Positions 22,041 through 36,280 of a DNA stretch of 64,000 nucleotides are shown here, one piece after another (positions within the stretch are counted from its first letter, which is position 1; each line of letters opens with the position of its first letter). This stretch comes from Leucoraja erinacea (lineage: Eukaryota). The notes beneath the pieces are model-generated. The model had not been told where the DNA came from. It was given only the letters and a program-made list of their open reading frames with translations, and made no database searches. Position numbers and translations under genes: made by a program. The stretch lies in assembly GCF_028641065.1 (NCBI RefSeq), contig NC_073378.1:76508001-76572000 (forward strand), read 5' to 3'.

Positions 22041-23230
22041 GCCTAAAATCAGTCACCGGAGACGTTCAGGCCAATTGGACGTCGACCACCAGGCCCACCG
22101 CAGCACGGAGAACCCAGAGGACCCACAGCCAGCAGCAGCCAGCCACGCTACAACTACGAGGAACCTGGGTTGCAGATGAAGGGGCGCAGGCTCGGGGGTC
22201 GTAGTGCCCATCGGGGAGCACGTCTGTTGGTCCTGACGTCTCCGGCCACTGCTATCCTCCGGGAAAATGTACCGCACTTGCGAGAGTGGGGTTGTTTGCA
22301 GTGGCCAGATGGAGGGGGCAAGGGCGGTTACATTCCCAGTATAAGCTCCAGCCAGGGGGGTGGCCGGAGACGTTCAGGACAACGGGACACCGACCCCAGA
22401 CACACTGCAAGCACGGAGATCCAGAGACCACAGCAGAGCAGCCCCCGACCCGCTCCAACTCCAGAGGAATACGGTAGGGGCAGAGACTTATGTTGCGCAT
22501 GGTAAGTCTCTTGTTCTTGGGTGGTGGCGGATGGGGGGCGCAGCTCGGGCTGGGGCGAACTGCCACTTTGTCGCCGTAGCGGAACCCATCGGGAGGAGAG
22601 GATTCCTCTGGAGGGGGAGGGGGTTGTATTGTGCTGTTTGATCGCCCCCTGCTATCCCAGGGACAGGGAGGAGACACAGGGATTTTAGACTGGTGGGCAA
22701 TCACTTCCAAATAGTTCTGCCCCACACAGTCAGTACAACCTCTCCTACACTGCATTTCATACAAACATTTAGTCTGCAAGAAAAAAAACTACATTGAAGA
22801 CTCAAACTCGCGACGAGTAAACTGCCAGGATCGAGGCGCAAATCTCGACCTACTCGGGGATTCAAGAAAACCCGAGCTAGGCCGCCTAAGGGCATGGAGC
22901 CCCGCTAGCGTGACATGAGTGCGAGAGGGTGATTTCAATGCTGCGGGCACATTTACAAATCATCAGGAATTCATTCAACACCACTGCATTTCATACAGAC
23001 ATTTATTCTGCAAGAAGAAAAAAATTTTTGAAAAGACTCAAACCTCGCGACGAGTGGCTGCCGGGATCAAGGCGACAAAAACTCGCGACCTTGAGGATAT
23101 GAGCCAGAGCACTCTAACACTGAGCTAGCCATTAAAATCTACGCAAAAAAATTCCATTCTGAAGGCCGCCAAATCTGAATACGGAAAAAGTGTCTGGTCC
23201 CAAGGCTTTCGGATAAAGGTTGGGCACCTG
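22041..23230. mobile_element. Tigger4-like MITE, U3 copy (left part lost in the gap, error-rich)
   Basis: Homologous to ~1840-3011; right TIR ttcggataaaggttgggcacctg followed by TA. Confidence 0.85.
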
Positions 23231-24446
23231 TACTTTTTATTCGAGGCTTGTTTTTCAGTTAGGGCAGGAATGGTACTCGTTCTTGTGTCTCGAGGTGTGT
23301 TTTTTTTAACTCGAGGCTGGCTGGCTTTTTCCTCAGTTTATTTTACTCGCGGTGGCATTTTTTTAGTCGAGATGGGTTTTTTAGTCGGGCGTGCATTTCC
23401 AAGGTTTGGGATTTTTACTTGAGGTGTGATTTTTATAGGAGGCGGGCTTTTAATTTTTTTTTTCCCTCAGTGTTTTTTAGTTGGCGGGTTTTTTACATGA
23501 TTCTTTTCATACTCGTGTGAATTTTAGTTAATCTAGCTTTTATTGTAGAGTGTGTTTGCTTAGTCCAGGATGGAACTTTTTATTGGTTTTTTTTTTACTG
23601 TTTTTTTTTCTCTAGGTTTGTTTTTTTAGTCGAGGCGGGACTTTTTACTGGTGAGGGACAAAAATATAGTGCTCCTTCCACTCCCACAAACAGATGCTCT
23701 CGGTTCTACTTGCACTTCCTGTAGGTCAGTGCAATGGTGGGGGTGGGCAGTATTTGATGGAATCGTTCAGTGCATTAGTGAAGGCAAACAAGTAAATCCT
23801 GTTGTCTTACAAAGGCAGAAGAGTGAAATAATTGTTCTGATACCACTCATTGTATTGTAGGTCATACTGTGGATCTAAATGGAAAACCCGCACTGTGGAA
23901 TCCCACGAGGTGCTCCTTAGGGAGGTCATCCGAGATCTATCTTAAGGACCAGTATCAGTGCTACCAGAGCTCAACTGTCATCGACTCACTGAAAATCAGT
24001 GAGCTTAACTTGGACGTGATCCTGCATGCCCAGGGAGAGAATTGTCCCCCTGTCCAAGAAGATGAAGTACATCTACAACCTTCCTTCGTCCTGTACAACT
24101 AAAGGTCTGGTAAGAGCTGTTGAATATTTTACTCCCCAAGTCTGCTGTTTGCATTTAGTCTACATTTCCTATTTCTCTAATTGTAATGCTTAATTAAGAA
24201 AGATGCAAGTATAGTTCAGATGAAGAATTAATGTTCAGACTTGGTAGCATGTGTCATAATTTATTAGTAATGTCATTGTGACAACGTAAAGTGCAGGAAC
24301 AGAATATTCAAGATTTTATCTTCTATTGAAACACTACATCCTTCCTCCAAACTTATGGATCCAGGTGTGATTAGCATGTTTAATTTTTATTATCTCAACA
24401 AAACATTTGATGCTGTAATGAAGGCCAACTGGTGATTGTAAAATGA

Positions 24447-26120
24447 ATGTGTGCCTTTTGTAACTGTGTGCCATTTGTAACTGTGCCATTTGTAACTGTG
24501 TGACATTTGTAACTGTGTGCCATTTGTAACCGCGGTGCTATTTGTAACCGCGTGCCTTTTGTAACTGTGTGCCTTTTGTAAACTGTGCCTTTTGTAACTG
24601 TGTGCCTTTTGTAACTGTGCCTTTTGTAACTGCGTGCCTTTTGAAACCGCGTGCCTTTTGAAACCGCGTGCCTTTTGTAACAGAGTGGCCTTTTGTAACC
24701 GCGTGCCTTTTTGTAACGCGTGCCTTTTGTAACCGCGTGCCTTTTGTAACCCTTGTTGTAACTTTTGCCTTTGTAACCGCGTGCCTTTTGTAACCGCGTG
24801 CCTTTTGTAACCGCGTGCCTTTTGTAACCGCGGCCTTTTGTAACCTGCGTGACCCTTTTGTAACCGCGTGCCTTTTGTAACCGCGTGCCTTTTGTAACCG
24901 CGTGCCTTTTGTAACCGCGTGCCTTTTGTAACTGTGTGCCTTTTGTAACTGTGTGCCTTTTGTAACTGTGTGCCTTTTGTAACTGTGTGCCTTTTGTAAC
25001 TGTGTGCCTTTTGTAACTGTGCCTTTTGTAAACCGCGTGCCTTTTGTAACCGCGTGCCTTTTGTAAACCGCGTGCCTTTTTGCAACCGCGTGCCGCTTTT
25101 GCAACCCCGTGCCTTTTGCAAACCCGTGCCTTTTGTAACCGCGTGCCTTTTGTAACCGCGTGCCTTTTGTAAACCGCGTGCCTTTTGTAACCGCGTGCCT
25201 TTTGTAACCGCGTGCCTTTTGTAACCGTGTGCCTCCTTTTGTAACCGAGTGCCTTTTGTAACGCGTGCCTTTTGTAACCGCGTGCCTTTTGTAACCGCGT
25301 GCCTTTGTAAACCGCGGTGCCTTTTTGTAAAACCGGTGCCTTTTGTAACCGTGTGCCTTTTGTAACTACGTGTGCCTTTTGTAAACTGTGTGCCTTTTGT
25401 AACTGTGTGCCTTTTGCAACTGTGTGCCTTTTGTAACTGTGCCTTTTGTAACTGCCTTTTGTAACTGTGCATTTTGTAACTGTGTGCCTTTTGTGACTGT
25501 GCCTTTTGCAACTGTGTGCCTTTTGTAACTGTGCCTTTGTAACTGTGCCTTTTTTGTAACTGTGTGCCTTTTGTAACTGTGTGCCTTTTGTAACTGTGTG
25601 CCTTTTTGTAAACCTGTGTGTGTGCCTTTTGTAACTGTGTTGCAGCTTTTGTAACTGTGTGCCCTTTTGTAACTGTGTTGCCTTTGTAAACTGTGTGCCT
25701 TTGTAACTGTGTGCCCTTTTGTAACCGCGTGCCTTTTGTAACTGCGTTGCCTTTTGCAACTACCCCTTTTGCAACTGTGCCCCCTTTTGCAACTGTGTGC
25801 CCCCTTTGCAAACTGTGCCCCCCTTGGCAACTGTGCCCCCTTGCAACTGTGCCCCTTTTGCAACTGTGGGCCCCTTTTGCAAACTGTGCCCCTTTTGCAA
25901 CTGTGCCCCTTTTGCAACTGTGCCCCTTTTGCAACTGTGCCCCTTTTGCAACTGTGCCCCCCTTTTGCAACTGTGCCCCCTTTTGCAACTGTGCCCACTT
26001 TGCCCCCCTTTTGCAACTGTGCCCCCTTTTGCCAACTGTGCCCCCTTTTGCAACGTGGCCCCCCTTTGCAACTGTGCCCCCTTTTGCAACTGTGCCCCCT
26101 TTGCAACTGTGCAACTGCCA
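24447..26120. repeat. 17-18 bp YAACNG minisatellite, U3 copy (~1.7 kb, noisy)
   Basis: Same units and block order as 4209-5478. Confidence 0.96.
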
Positions 26121-26610
26121 GGCCTGGAGTTACTGGAACTGCTGCTAGCCCAAAAATTCATTGGGCCCACAATGTCGATTACTAGTCCTTTGGAAAACGC
26201 CAGTCCTTTGGGCCCACAACATCCATGCTAGCACTCCAGAAACCCCACACCCCCCCAGTGACCCAGTGAGCTTAACTTGGCTAGGTTGTGGATGTGATCC
26301 TCCACGTGATCCGTCCAGGGAGAGAGAATTGTCCCCTGTCCGAGAATATGAAGTACATCTGTAACCTTCCTTCGTCCAGTACAAACTAAAGGTCTGGTAA
26401 GAGCTGCGGAATATTTTACTCCCTAAAGTCCTGCTGTTTGCATTTTTATGTCTGGATGTCCTATTTCTCGATTTGTAATGCTTAATTAAAAAAACATGCA
26501 AGTATAATTCGGATGAAGAATGATGTTCAGGACTTTGTAGCATGTGTTAGTGTTACAATTTATTAGTATGCCAATGTGACCCAAAGTAAATTGCAGGAAC
26601 AGAAATTTTA

Positions 26611-27340
26611 CTGAACACTACATCCCTCCTCCAACTTATGAATCTGGGTTGTGATTAGCATGTTTTAATTTTATTGTCTCACAAAATATATTTGATGCTG
26701 TAATGAGGCTACTGGTGATTTGTAAAATGATTGTTAAAAGCTGTCTGGAAAATCTTAACATTAGAGACTTCAATAATGCTTGCTCGCAATGCATGGGACA
26801 CGGTGGGTGTGTGAATGATGTTTGATAAAAACTGTGCCTGCATCTAGTGCCTGACCTGAGAGGTTTTAGGGTTGGTATGCTCGCTATGCTAAAACCAGTG
26901 GAAAAAAAAGTTGGAGTTTGTCTTTAGAAAATTAAGTTGTTGAAGAGGTGAGTTGGAAGACATGCAGGAGTTATTAGGACTTATTAAAGAGAACGGACGC
27001 CCCAAGATTTGCTTGACCTTTAAAACCGAGGGGAAAATGAAAGCAGAGAAGATAGAGGAGGGTTGAGGTTCTTTGAAATCCAACAGCGAAGAAAAGTGGT
27101 TGACAGATGCATTCTGTTAATTGAGAGTGCTTCGGCTATTTTGATGAAGACGATCCAAATAATGATCATTCAAATTCAATTTTTAATGTCATTGTCAGTG
27201 TACAGTACAGAGACAACGAAATGCATTTAGCATCTCCCTTGAAGAGCGACATAGCAAACGATTTTGAATAAAAAATAAAATAATAAGTGTGAACTAATGC
27301 AAAAGTGAGTAAGAAATGTGCTTTTCAGTTCTGAAATGTG
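26611..27340 (+). pseudogene. Decayed Tigger transposase, U3 copy
   Basis: Homologous to 5954-6660, including the Rex1 tail insertion. Confidence 0.78.
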
Positions 27341-27369
27341 TTGCTGGTGCAATTTTCAAGAAAGTGATG

Positions 27370-30300
27370 GTTGATGGGAAGATTTTCTTGAACCTGGAAA
27401 GAAGAGAAGATAAGAAGAAGAGCATGTGCAATGGTAGGTACAATAAAATGCTGAAAGTGACACCTGAAAGCCAAGGGATCTCTGGTATTGAAGCCTAATC
27501 CTGTGTCAAAAGGACAAACACCACATACAAAACAGAACAGTAGACATAAGGAGGAGAAATGAGATACAATGACCGAGCAGAAAACATACATGGGAGGAGA
27601 GCAAGCAGCATCAGAACCCTACCACAGATTGTCTCTTGGGAAAAAACAAGGCATCGCAAGTCACCAGAAGTCGCTGGATCTAACGACGATTGAGAACCAA
27701 GCTGGACCCCTTTTTGTATTGTCATTGGATTCATCAGAAGGGCAAAAGCCAGAAGAAAGATGATGTCAAATACCCTGGACCAGCTCGGGGAGGACTCTGC
27801 TAGCAAAGGCAGAATCTCCTGGAATTATTATGCATATATTGATCTGAAGATGGACCCATCACCAATTTAACACTGAACACAAGAAAATACCAGTGACGAC
27901 ATGAAGGAAAAAGACCCATCCAGGACCAAACAGGAGAGAATGAGCATCAAAACAAAGCTGCTTGTTGGTCGGAAACACAAGCGAAGATGTAAAAAGAGAT
28001 CAAGGTGTGCCCTCCAAAGAAAGGATTTGGCAGCTGAAAGGACGGGCCCACGGTGGTGGGTGCCGGAGGTTGGACTTGTCCCACCCGTGGTGGGGGTACC
28101 CTGAAAGAAGATGAAGAAGAGGAGCAAGTGGGCAAAGAGTTTTGACAAATTACCCAATTTCGTCACCCAAGCGACACTGATAAAGAGAGTGAGCAGGGGC
28201 CCTCAGGGAACGAGGAAGACGGGGGGCAGAGCGAGGTCCAAGCGAGGACTCTCGACAGTTTGAAGATGGGCCCTCGGTGAGTTCCGGAGGTCACAGAGAA
28301 CACGAAGAGGAGCAAGTGCCAATGGTAGTTACGTCACATTCAGAAAGCAAACATGAAATCTAAGGGATCCCTGGTAATGAAGCCTATCTTTGTCACAGGA
28401 CAGAACCCACACCCAAGTCAACACTGGACAAGATGAGGAACATACCTGGGAGGAACAGGAGCATTAGAACACTACTACAGATTGTCGCTGGGAAAACCAA
28501 GGCATCGCAACTCACCAGACGTAGCTGGAGCTAACGATGATTGAGAACCAAGGTATTTGCATTGTCATTGGATTCACCAGAAGGGCAAAGCCAGAGGAAA
28601 GATGTCAAATACCCTGACCAGCTCGGGGAGGACTCTGCTAGCAAGGCAGAACGGAATCTCCATGAATGATGCATCTTTTTGACTGAAGATGGAGCTATCA
28701 CCTATATAACACTGAACACAAGAAAATACCAGTGATGATGAGGAGGAAAAGACCCATCCAGGACCAAACAGGAGAACATGAGCATCAAAACTGAAGCTGC
28801 TTGTTGGTGGGAAACACAAGCGAAGATGTTAAAGAGATCAAGGTGTGCCCTCCGTGAAAGGATTTGGCAGCTGAAGACGGGCCCTCGGTGGGTGTCGGAA
28901 AGAAGATGAAGAAGAGGAGCAAGTGGCAAAGATACTATATGACAAATTACCCAATTTCGTCACCCAGCGACACTGATAAAGAGCCGTGAGCTGGGCCCTC
29001 AGGGGGCGAGGAAGACGGATGGAGCCGTCCCATCGAGGACTCGACAGCTGAAGACGGGCCCTCCCTGGGTTCCGGAGGTCAAAGAGAAGACGAAGAGGAG
29101 CAGGTGCCAATGGTAGTTACGTCAAATGCAGAAAGCAACACATGAAATCCAAGGGATCTCTGGTAATGAAGCGTATCTTTGTCACAGGACAGAACACACA
29201 CCCAAGTCAACACTGGACAAAATGAAGAACATACATGGGAGGAACAGGAGCATCAGAATTCTACTGCACATTGTCTCTGGGAAAACCAAGGCATCGCAAC
29301 TCACCAGAAGAAGCTGGAGCTAACGACGATTGAGAACTAATCTTTTTGCATTGTCATTGGATTCACCAGAAGGGCAAAGCCAGAGGAAAGACGTCAAATA
29401 GCCTGACCAGCTCGGGTAGGATTCTGCTAGCAAGGCAGAATCTCCAGGAATTATGCATCTATTTGACTGAAGATGGACACATCACCAATTTAACACTGAA
29501 CACAAGAAAATAACAGTGACGATGAGGAGGAAAAGACCCATCCAGGACCAAACAGGAGAGCATGAGCATCATAACTGAAGCTGCTTGTTGGTGGGAAACA
29601 CAAGCGAAGATGTTAAAGAGATCAAAGTGTGCCCTCCAAGAAAGGATTTGGCAGCTGAAAACGGGCCCACGGTGGGTGTCGGAGGTTGGACTTGCCCCGT
29701 GGTGGGTACCCTGAAAGAAGATGTAGAAGAGGAGCAAGTGGCAAAGATTCTTATGACAAATTACCCAATTTCATCACCCAAGTGAGACGGATAAAGAGAG
29801 TGAGCTGGGCCCTCAGGGAGCGAGGAAGACGGGCAGAGCTGTCCAAGCGAGGACTCGACAGCTGAAGACGGGCCCTCGGTGGGTTCCGGAGGTCACAGAG
29901 AAGACGAAGAGGAGCAAGTGCCAATGGTAGTTACGTCACATTCAGAAAGCAACACATGAAATCCAAGGGATCTCTGGTAATGAAGCCAATCTTTGTCACA
30001 GGACAGAAACACACACCAAGTCAAACACTGGACAAAATGAGGAACATACCTGGGAGGAACAGGAGCATTAGAGAACCCTACTACAGATTGTCGCTGGGAA
30101 AACCAAGGCATCGCAACTTACCAGAAGTAGCTGGAGCTAACGATGATTGAGAACCAAGTTATTTGTATTGTCATTGGATTCACCAGAAGGGCAAAGCCAG
30201 AGGAAAGATGTCAAATACCCTGACCAGCTCGGGTAGGACTCTGCTAGCAAGGCAGAATCTCCAGGAATTATGCATCTTTTTGACTGAAGATGGACCATCA

Positions 30301-33300
30301 CCAATATAACACTGAACAAAAGAAAAATACCAGTGATGACGAGGAGGAAAAAAGACCCATCCAGGACCAAACAGGAGAGTATGAGCATCAAAACTGAAGC
30401 TGCTGTGTTGGTGGGAAACATAAGCGCAGATGTTAAAGAGATCAAAGTGTGCCCCTCCAAGAAAGGATTTGGCAGCTGAAGACGGGCACGCGGTGGGTAC
30501 CGGAGGTCAAAGGCAAAGAGAAGACGAAGAGGAGCAGGTGCCAATGGTAGTTACGACAAATGCAGAAAGAAAGTAACACCTAAAATTCTAGGGATCTCTG
30601 GTAATGAAGCCTATCTTTGACACAGGACAGAACACACACCAGGTCAACACTGGACAAAATGAGGAACATACATGGGAGGAACAGGAGCATCAGAACCCTA
30701 CTACAGATTGTCGCTGGGAAAACCAAGGCATCGCAACTCTCCAGAAATAGCTGGAGCTAACGACGATTGAGAACCCAGCGTTTTGCATTGTCATTGGATT
30801 CACCAGAAGGGCAAAGCCAGAAGAAGATTTCAAATACTCTGACCAGCTCGGGGAGGACTCTGCTATGCATGGCAGAATCTCCAGGAATGATGCATCTTTT
30901 TGATGAAGCTGAAGATGGGACCCATCACCAATTTAACACTGAACCAAAAGAAAACACCTGTGATGACAAGGAGGAAAAGACCCATATAGGACCAAACAGG
31001 AGAGCATGAGCATTATAAACTGAAGCTGCTTGTTGGTGGGAAACAAGCGAAGATGTTAAAGAGATCAAGGTGTGCCCTCCAAGAGAGGATTTGACCAGCT
31101 GAAGACGGGCCCTCGCTGGGTTCCGGAGGTCAAGGAGAAGACTCAGATTCATATTCAATCTTTATTGTCATTGTGAAGTGTATAGTACAGAGACAACGAA
31201 AATGCAGTTAGCATCTCCCCCAGAAGAAGCGAACATAGAACAATAATGAGCAGTCAAATTTATATATATGTACAAACAGTAGCAAGTAGTAGTGCAAATT
31301 ATCTGGGGGAAGGAGTGTCTGGGGTGGGGGGGGGGGGGGGGGTGCCTGGCACTCACCACAATGCAGAGGCCAAGTTGTTAACAGTCGCAGGGAAGAAGCT
31401 GTTCCTGACCTGCTGGACCGGCAACGGAGAGACCTGTAGCGCCCTACCGATGGTAGGAGGGTAAAACAGTCCATGGTTGGGGTGAGAGCAGAGAGCAGGT
31501 CCCTTGGCGATGCTGAGCGCCCTCCGCAGACAGCGCTTGCTTTGGACAGACCATGGGAGGGGAGCGAGGAAACCCCGGTGATGCGTTGGGCAATTTTCAC
31601 CACCCTCTACAATGCCTTCCAGTCGGAGACAGAGCAGTTGCCATACCATACTGTGATGCAGTTGGTAAGGATGCTCTCGATGGTGCAGCGGTAGAAGTTC
31701 ACCAGGATCTGAGGAGACAGATGGACCTTCTTCAGTCTCCTCAGGAAGAAGAGACGCTGCTGAGCCTTCTTGATCAGAGTAGAGGTATTGTGGGTCCAAG
31801 AGAGGTCATCGGAGATGTTGACTCCCAGGAACCTGAAGCTAGAAACACGTTCCACCTCCGTCCCGTTAATGTGGATGGGGGTGTGCGTGCCACCTCTGGA
31901 CTTCCTGAAGTCTACAATGAGCTCCTTGGAGGAGCAAGTGACAATGGTAGTTAAGTCAAATGCAGAAAGCAACACATGAAATCCAAGGGATCTCAGGTAA
32001 AGAAGCGTATATCTTTGTCACAGGACAGAACCCACACCCAAGTCAACACTGGACAAAATGAGGAACATACATGGGAGGAACAGGAGCATTAGAACCCTAC
32101 TACAGATTGTCTCTGGGAAAACCAAGGCATCGCAACTCACCAGAAATAGCTGGAGCTAACGACGATTGCGAACCCAGCGTTTTGTATTGTCATTGGATTC
32201 ACCAGAAGGACAAAGCCAGAAGAAAGATGTCAAATACCCTGTTCAGCTCAGAGAGGACTCTGCTAGCAAGGCAGAATCTCCAGGAATTAGGCATCTATTT
32301 GACTGAAGATAGACCCATCACCCAATAAACACTGAACACAAGAAAAATACCAGTGATGCCGAGGAGGAAAAGACCCATCCAGGACCCAAACAGGGAGAGT
32401 ATGAGCATCATAACTGAAGCTGCTTGTTGGTGGTAATCACAAGCGAAGATGTTAAATAGATCAAGGTGTGACCTCCATGAGAAGATTTGGCAGCTGAAGA
32501 CGGGCCGCGGTGGGTACCGGAAAGAAGATGAAGAACAGAAGAGGAGCAAATGTGCAAAGCTTCTTATGACCAATTATCCATTTCGTCACCCAAGCGGAGC
32601 GGAATGATTAAAAGAGGAGTGAGCTGAGCCCTCAGGGGGCGAGGAGGATGGATGGAGCCATCCCATCGAGGACTCGGACAGCTGAAGACGGGCCCTCGGT
32701 GGGTTTCGGAGGTCAAAAGAAAAGAAGACCGAAGAGGAGCAGGTGCCAATGGTAGTTACGTCAAATGCAGAAAGCAACACCTAAAAATCCAAGGGATCTC
32801 TGGTAATGAAGCTTTATCTTTGTCACAGGACAGAACACACACCCAAGTCAACACTGGACAAAATGAGGAACATACATGGGAGGAACAGGAGCATCAGAAC
32901 CCTACTACAGATTGTCTCTGGGAAAACCAAGGCATCGCAACTCACCAGAAGTAGCTGGAGCTAACGACGATTGAGAACCAATCTTTTTGCATTGTCATTG
33001 GATTCACCAGAAGGGCAAAGCCAGAAGAAAGATGTCAAATAGCCTGACCAGCTCGGGGAGGACTCTGCTAGCAGGGCAGAATTTCCTGGAATGATTCATC
33101 TTTTTGACTGAAGATGGAGCCATCACCAATTTAACACTGAACACAAGAAAATACCAGTGATGACATGGAGGAAAAGACCCATCCAGGACCAAACAGGAGA
33201 GCATGAGCATCATAACTGAAGCTGCTTGTTGGTGGGAAACACAAGCGAAGATGTTAAAGAGATCAAGGTGTGCCCTCCAAGAGAGGATTTGGCAGCTGAA

Positions 33301-35330
33301 GACGGGCCCTCGGTGGTTTCCGGATGTTGGACTTGCCCCGTGGTGGGTACCCTGAAAGAAGATGTAGAAGAGGAGCAAGTGGCAAAGAGTTTTAACAAAT
33401 TACCCAATTTCGTCACCGAAGTGAGACGGATAAAGAGAGTGAGCTGGGCCCTCAGGGAGCGAGGAAGACGGGCAGAGCTGTCCAAGCGAGGACTCGACAG
33501 CTGAAGACGGGCCCTCGGTGGGTTCCGGAGGTCACAGAGAAGACGAAGAGGAGCAGGTGCCAATGGTAGTTACGTCACATTCAGAAAGCAACACATGAAA
33601 TCCAAGGGATCTCTGGTAATGAAGCTTATCTTTGCACAGGACAGAACCCACATGCAGGTCAACACTGGACAAAATGAGGAACATACCTGGGAGGAACAGG
33701 AGCATTAGAACCCTACTACAGATTGTCGCTGGGAAAACCAAGGCATTGCAACTTACCAGAAGTAGCTGGAGCTAACGATGATTGAGAACCCAGGTATTTG
33801 CATTGTCATTGGATTCACCAGAAGGGCAAAGCCAAAGGAAAGATGTCATATACCCTGACCAGCTCGGGAGGACTCTGCTAGCAAGCAGAATCTCCAGGGA
33901 ATTATGCATCTTTTTGACTGAAGATGGACCCATCACCTATATAACACTGAACACAAGAAAATACCAGTGATGACGAGGAGGAAAAGACCCATCCAGGACC
34001 AAACAGGAAAGTATGAGCATCAAAACTGAAGCTGCTTGTTGGTGGGAAAACACAAGCACAGATGTTAAATAGATCAAGGTGTGACCTCCATGAGAAGAAT
34101 TGGCAGCTGAAGATGGGCCCACGGTGGGTACCGGAAAAGAAGATGAACAAGAGGAGCAAATGGCAAAGATTCTTATGACAAATTACCCAATTTCGTCACC
34201 CAAGCGACACTGATAAAGAGAGTGAGCTGAGCCTCAGAGGGCGAGGAAGACGGATGGAGCCGTCCCATCGAGGACTCGACAGCTGAAGACGGGCCCTCAG
34301 TGGGTTCCGGACGTCAAAGAAAAGACGAAGAGGAGCAGGTGCCAATGGTAGTTACGTCAAATGCAGAAAGCAACACCTAAAATCCAAGGGATCTCAGGTA
34401 AAGAAGCGTATCTTTGTCACAGGACAGAACCCACACCCAAGTCAACACTGGACAAAATGAGGAACCTACATGGGAGGAACAGGAGCATCAGAACCCTACT
34501 ACAGATTGTCTCTGGGAAATCCAAGGCATCGCAACTCACCAGAAGAAGCTGGAGCTAACGACGATTGAGAATCCAGCTTTTTGTATTGTCATTGGATTCA
34601 CCAGAAGGGCAAAGCCAGAAGATGTCAAATAGCCTGACCAGCTCGGGGAGGACTGCTAGCAAGGCAGAATCTCCGGGAATTATGCATCTTTTTGTCTGAT
34701 GATGGACCCATCACCAATTTAACACTGAATAAAAGAAAATACCGGTGATGACGAGGAGGAAAAGACCCATCCAGGACCAAACAGGAGAGCATGAGCATCA
34801 TAACTGAAGTTGCTTGTTGGTGGGAAACACAAGCGAAGATGTTAAAGAGATTAAGGTGTGCCCTGCGTGAGAGGATTTGGCAGCTGAAGACGGGCCCGCG
34901 GTGGGTACCGGAGGTTGGACGAAGACGGGCCCGCGGTGGGTACCGGAGGTCGGAGAGAAGATGAAGAGGAGCAAGTGCCATTGGTTGTTATGACAAATGC
35001 AGTACGCGACAACTGAAAGCCAAGGTATCTCTGGTAATGAAGCCTATTCTTGTCACACGACCCAACCCACACCCAAGTCAACACTGGACAAAATGAGGAA
35101 GGAACGTACAGGGGAGGAACAGCAGCATCAGAAGCCTTCCATGGATTGTCACTGGGAAAACCAATTCATTAAACCTGATCAGAAGTAGCTGGTGCTAACG
35201 GCAATTGAAAATCAAGCTGGTCTCTTTGCAGTGTCATAGGATTCACCATAACGCCAAAGCCAGAAGAATGATGTCAAACAGCCTGACCAACTCAGAGAGG
35301 ATTCTGCTGGCAAGATAGAATCTCTGTAAA
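27370..35330. repeat. ~0.8 kb A/B monomer array, U3 (about 9 monomers, contains a Rex1 insertion)
   Basis: Markers at ~28305, 29090, 29905, 30525, 31930, 32730, 33545, 34325, 34965. Confidence 0.92.
31143..31927 (-). mobile_element. 5'-truncated Rex1/Babar-type LINE (RT C-terminal region plus 3' UTR)
   Basis: ORF 31607-31975(-) KELIVDFRK...INGTEVERVSSFRFLGVNISDDLSWTHNT...KKAQQRLFFLRRLKK...NFYRCTIESILTNCITVWYGNC; GAATCT-type tail; interrupts a monomer at gagaagac|ggaggagcaagtg. Confidence 0.92.
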
Positions 35331-35971
35331 TTACGTATCTTTTTACCAATGTACAGAGCCCTCACCAATTCAACCGGTCAAAAGAAAGCGCATGCTAAGC
35401 AATAACAAATAAAGAAATTGTTATATTGGCAACTATCATTGTTCTGAAGAAGGGTTTCAGCCCGAAATGTTGCCTATTTCCTTAGTTTTGAAGCATGCAT
35501 GTAGTTCAGACCAGTATTTGATCTTTTGGATCATGCCATCATTTATTAGTAATAGTATTGTGACAATGTAAGGCGCTGGAATAGGCATTTGAACCTTCTT
35601 CAATAAGTGGCAGAGGCTGGTTGATGCATCCCGGTGGCCGAACTCTGGTTTGGAGCTACGGAGCCCTCAAGAGTGGACCTGGCGACGATTGACTTTGGCC
35701 TGGTGGTTTGCAAGGAGGTCGGGTCAGCAGTCGGCAAGAAGGTTGAGCCGGCGGTCGAAGTGGAGTAAGGGGTTGGAGGTGTGTGCCGGAGGTCGGACGC
35801 TTCGCCGAGAACAAAGGAGTATCTGGTGTAGGGGGACCGCCAAGAGGGAAAACCAAAGAAGACGTGCCGTGGAGAACGAAGGAGGACCCCGCGTGGGAGA
35901 ACCGCCGAGAACTAAGGGGGACTGTCGACATCTGGTATCTCCAGGCCTCAGCCAACTGCTGCCTCAACCAA

Positions 35972-36280
35972 GGGCGGAACGGTGGTGCAGCGTAGAGTTG
36001 CTGCCTTACAGCACCAGAGACCCGGGTTTGATCCTGACTACGGGTGCTCTCGATGGAATTTGTTCGTTCTCCCCGTGACCTGTGTCGGTTTTCTCAGATC
36101 TTTAGCTAAGTCCCACACTCAAGGTGTACAGGTTTGTAGGTTAATTGCGTAGGATAACAACGATAAATTGCTCCTACTGTGCGTGATAGTGATAGTGTTA
36201 ATGTGTGAGGATCGCTGTACGGTTATAGACTCAGTGAGCTGAAGGGCCTGTTTTTGCACTGTATCTCTAAACTAAACTAA
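35972..36280 (+). mobile_element. V-SINE, U3 copy
   Basis: Near-identical to 11580-11887. Confidence 0.88.
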
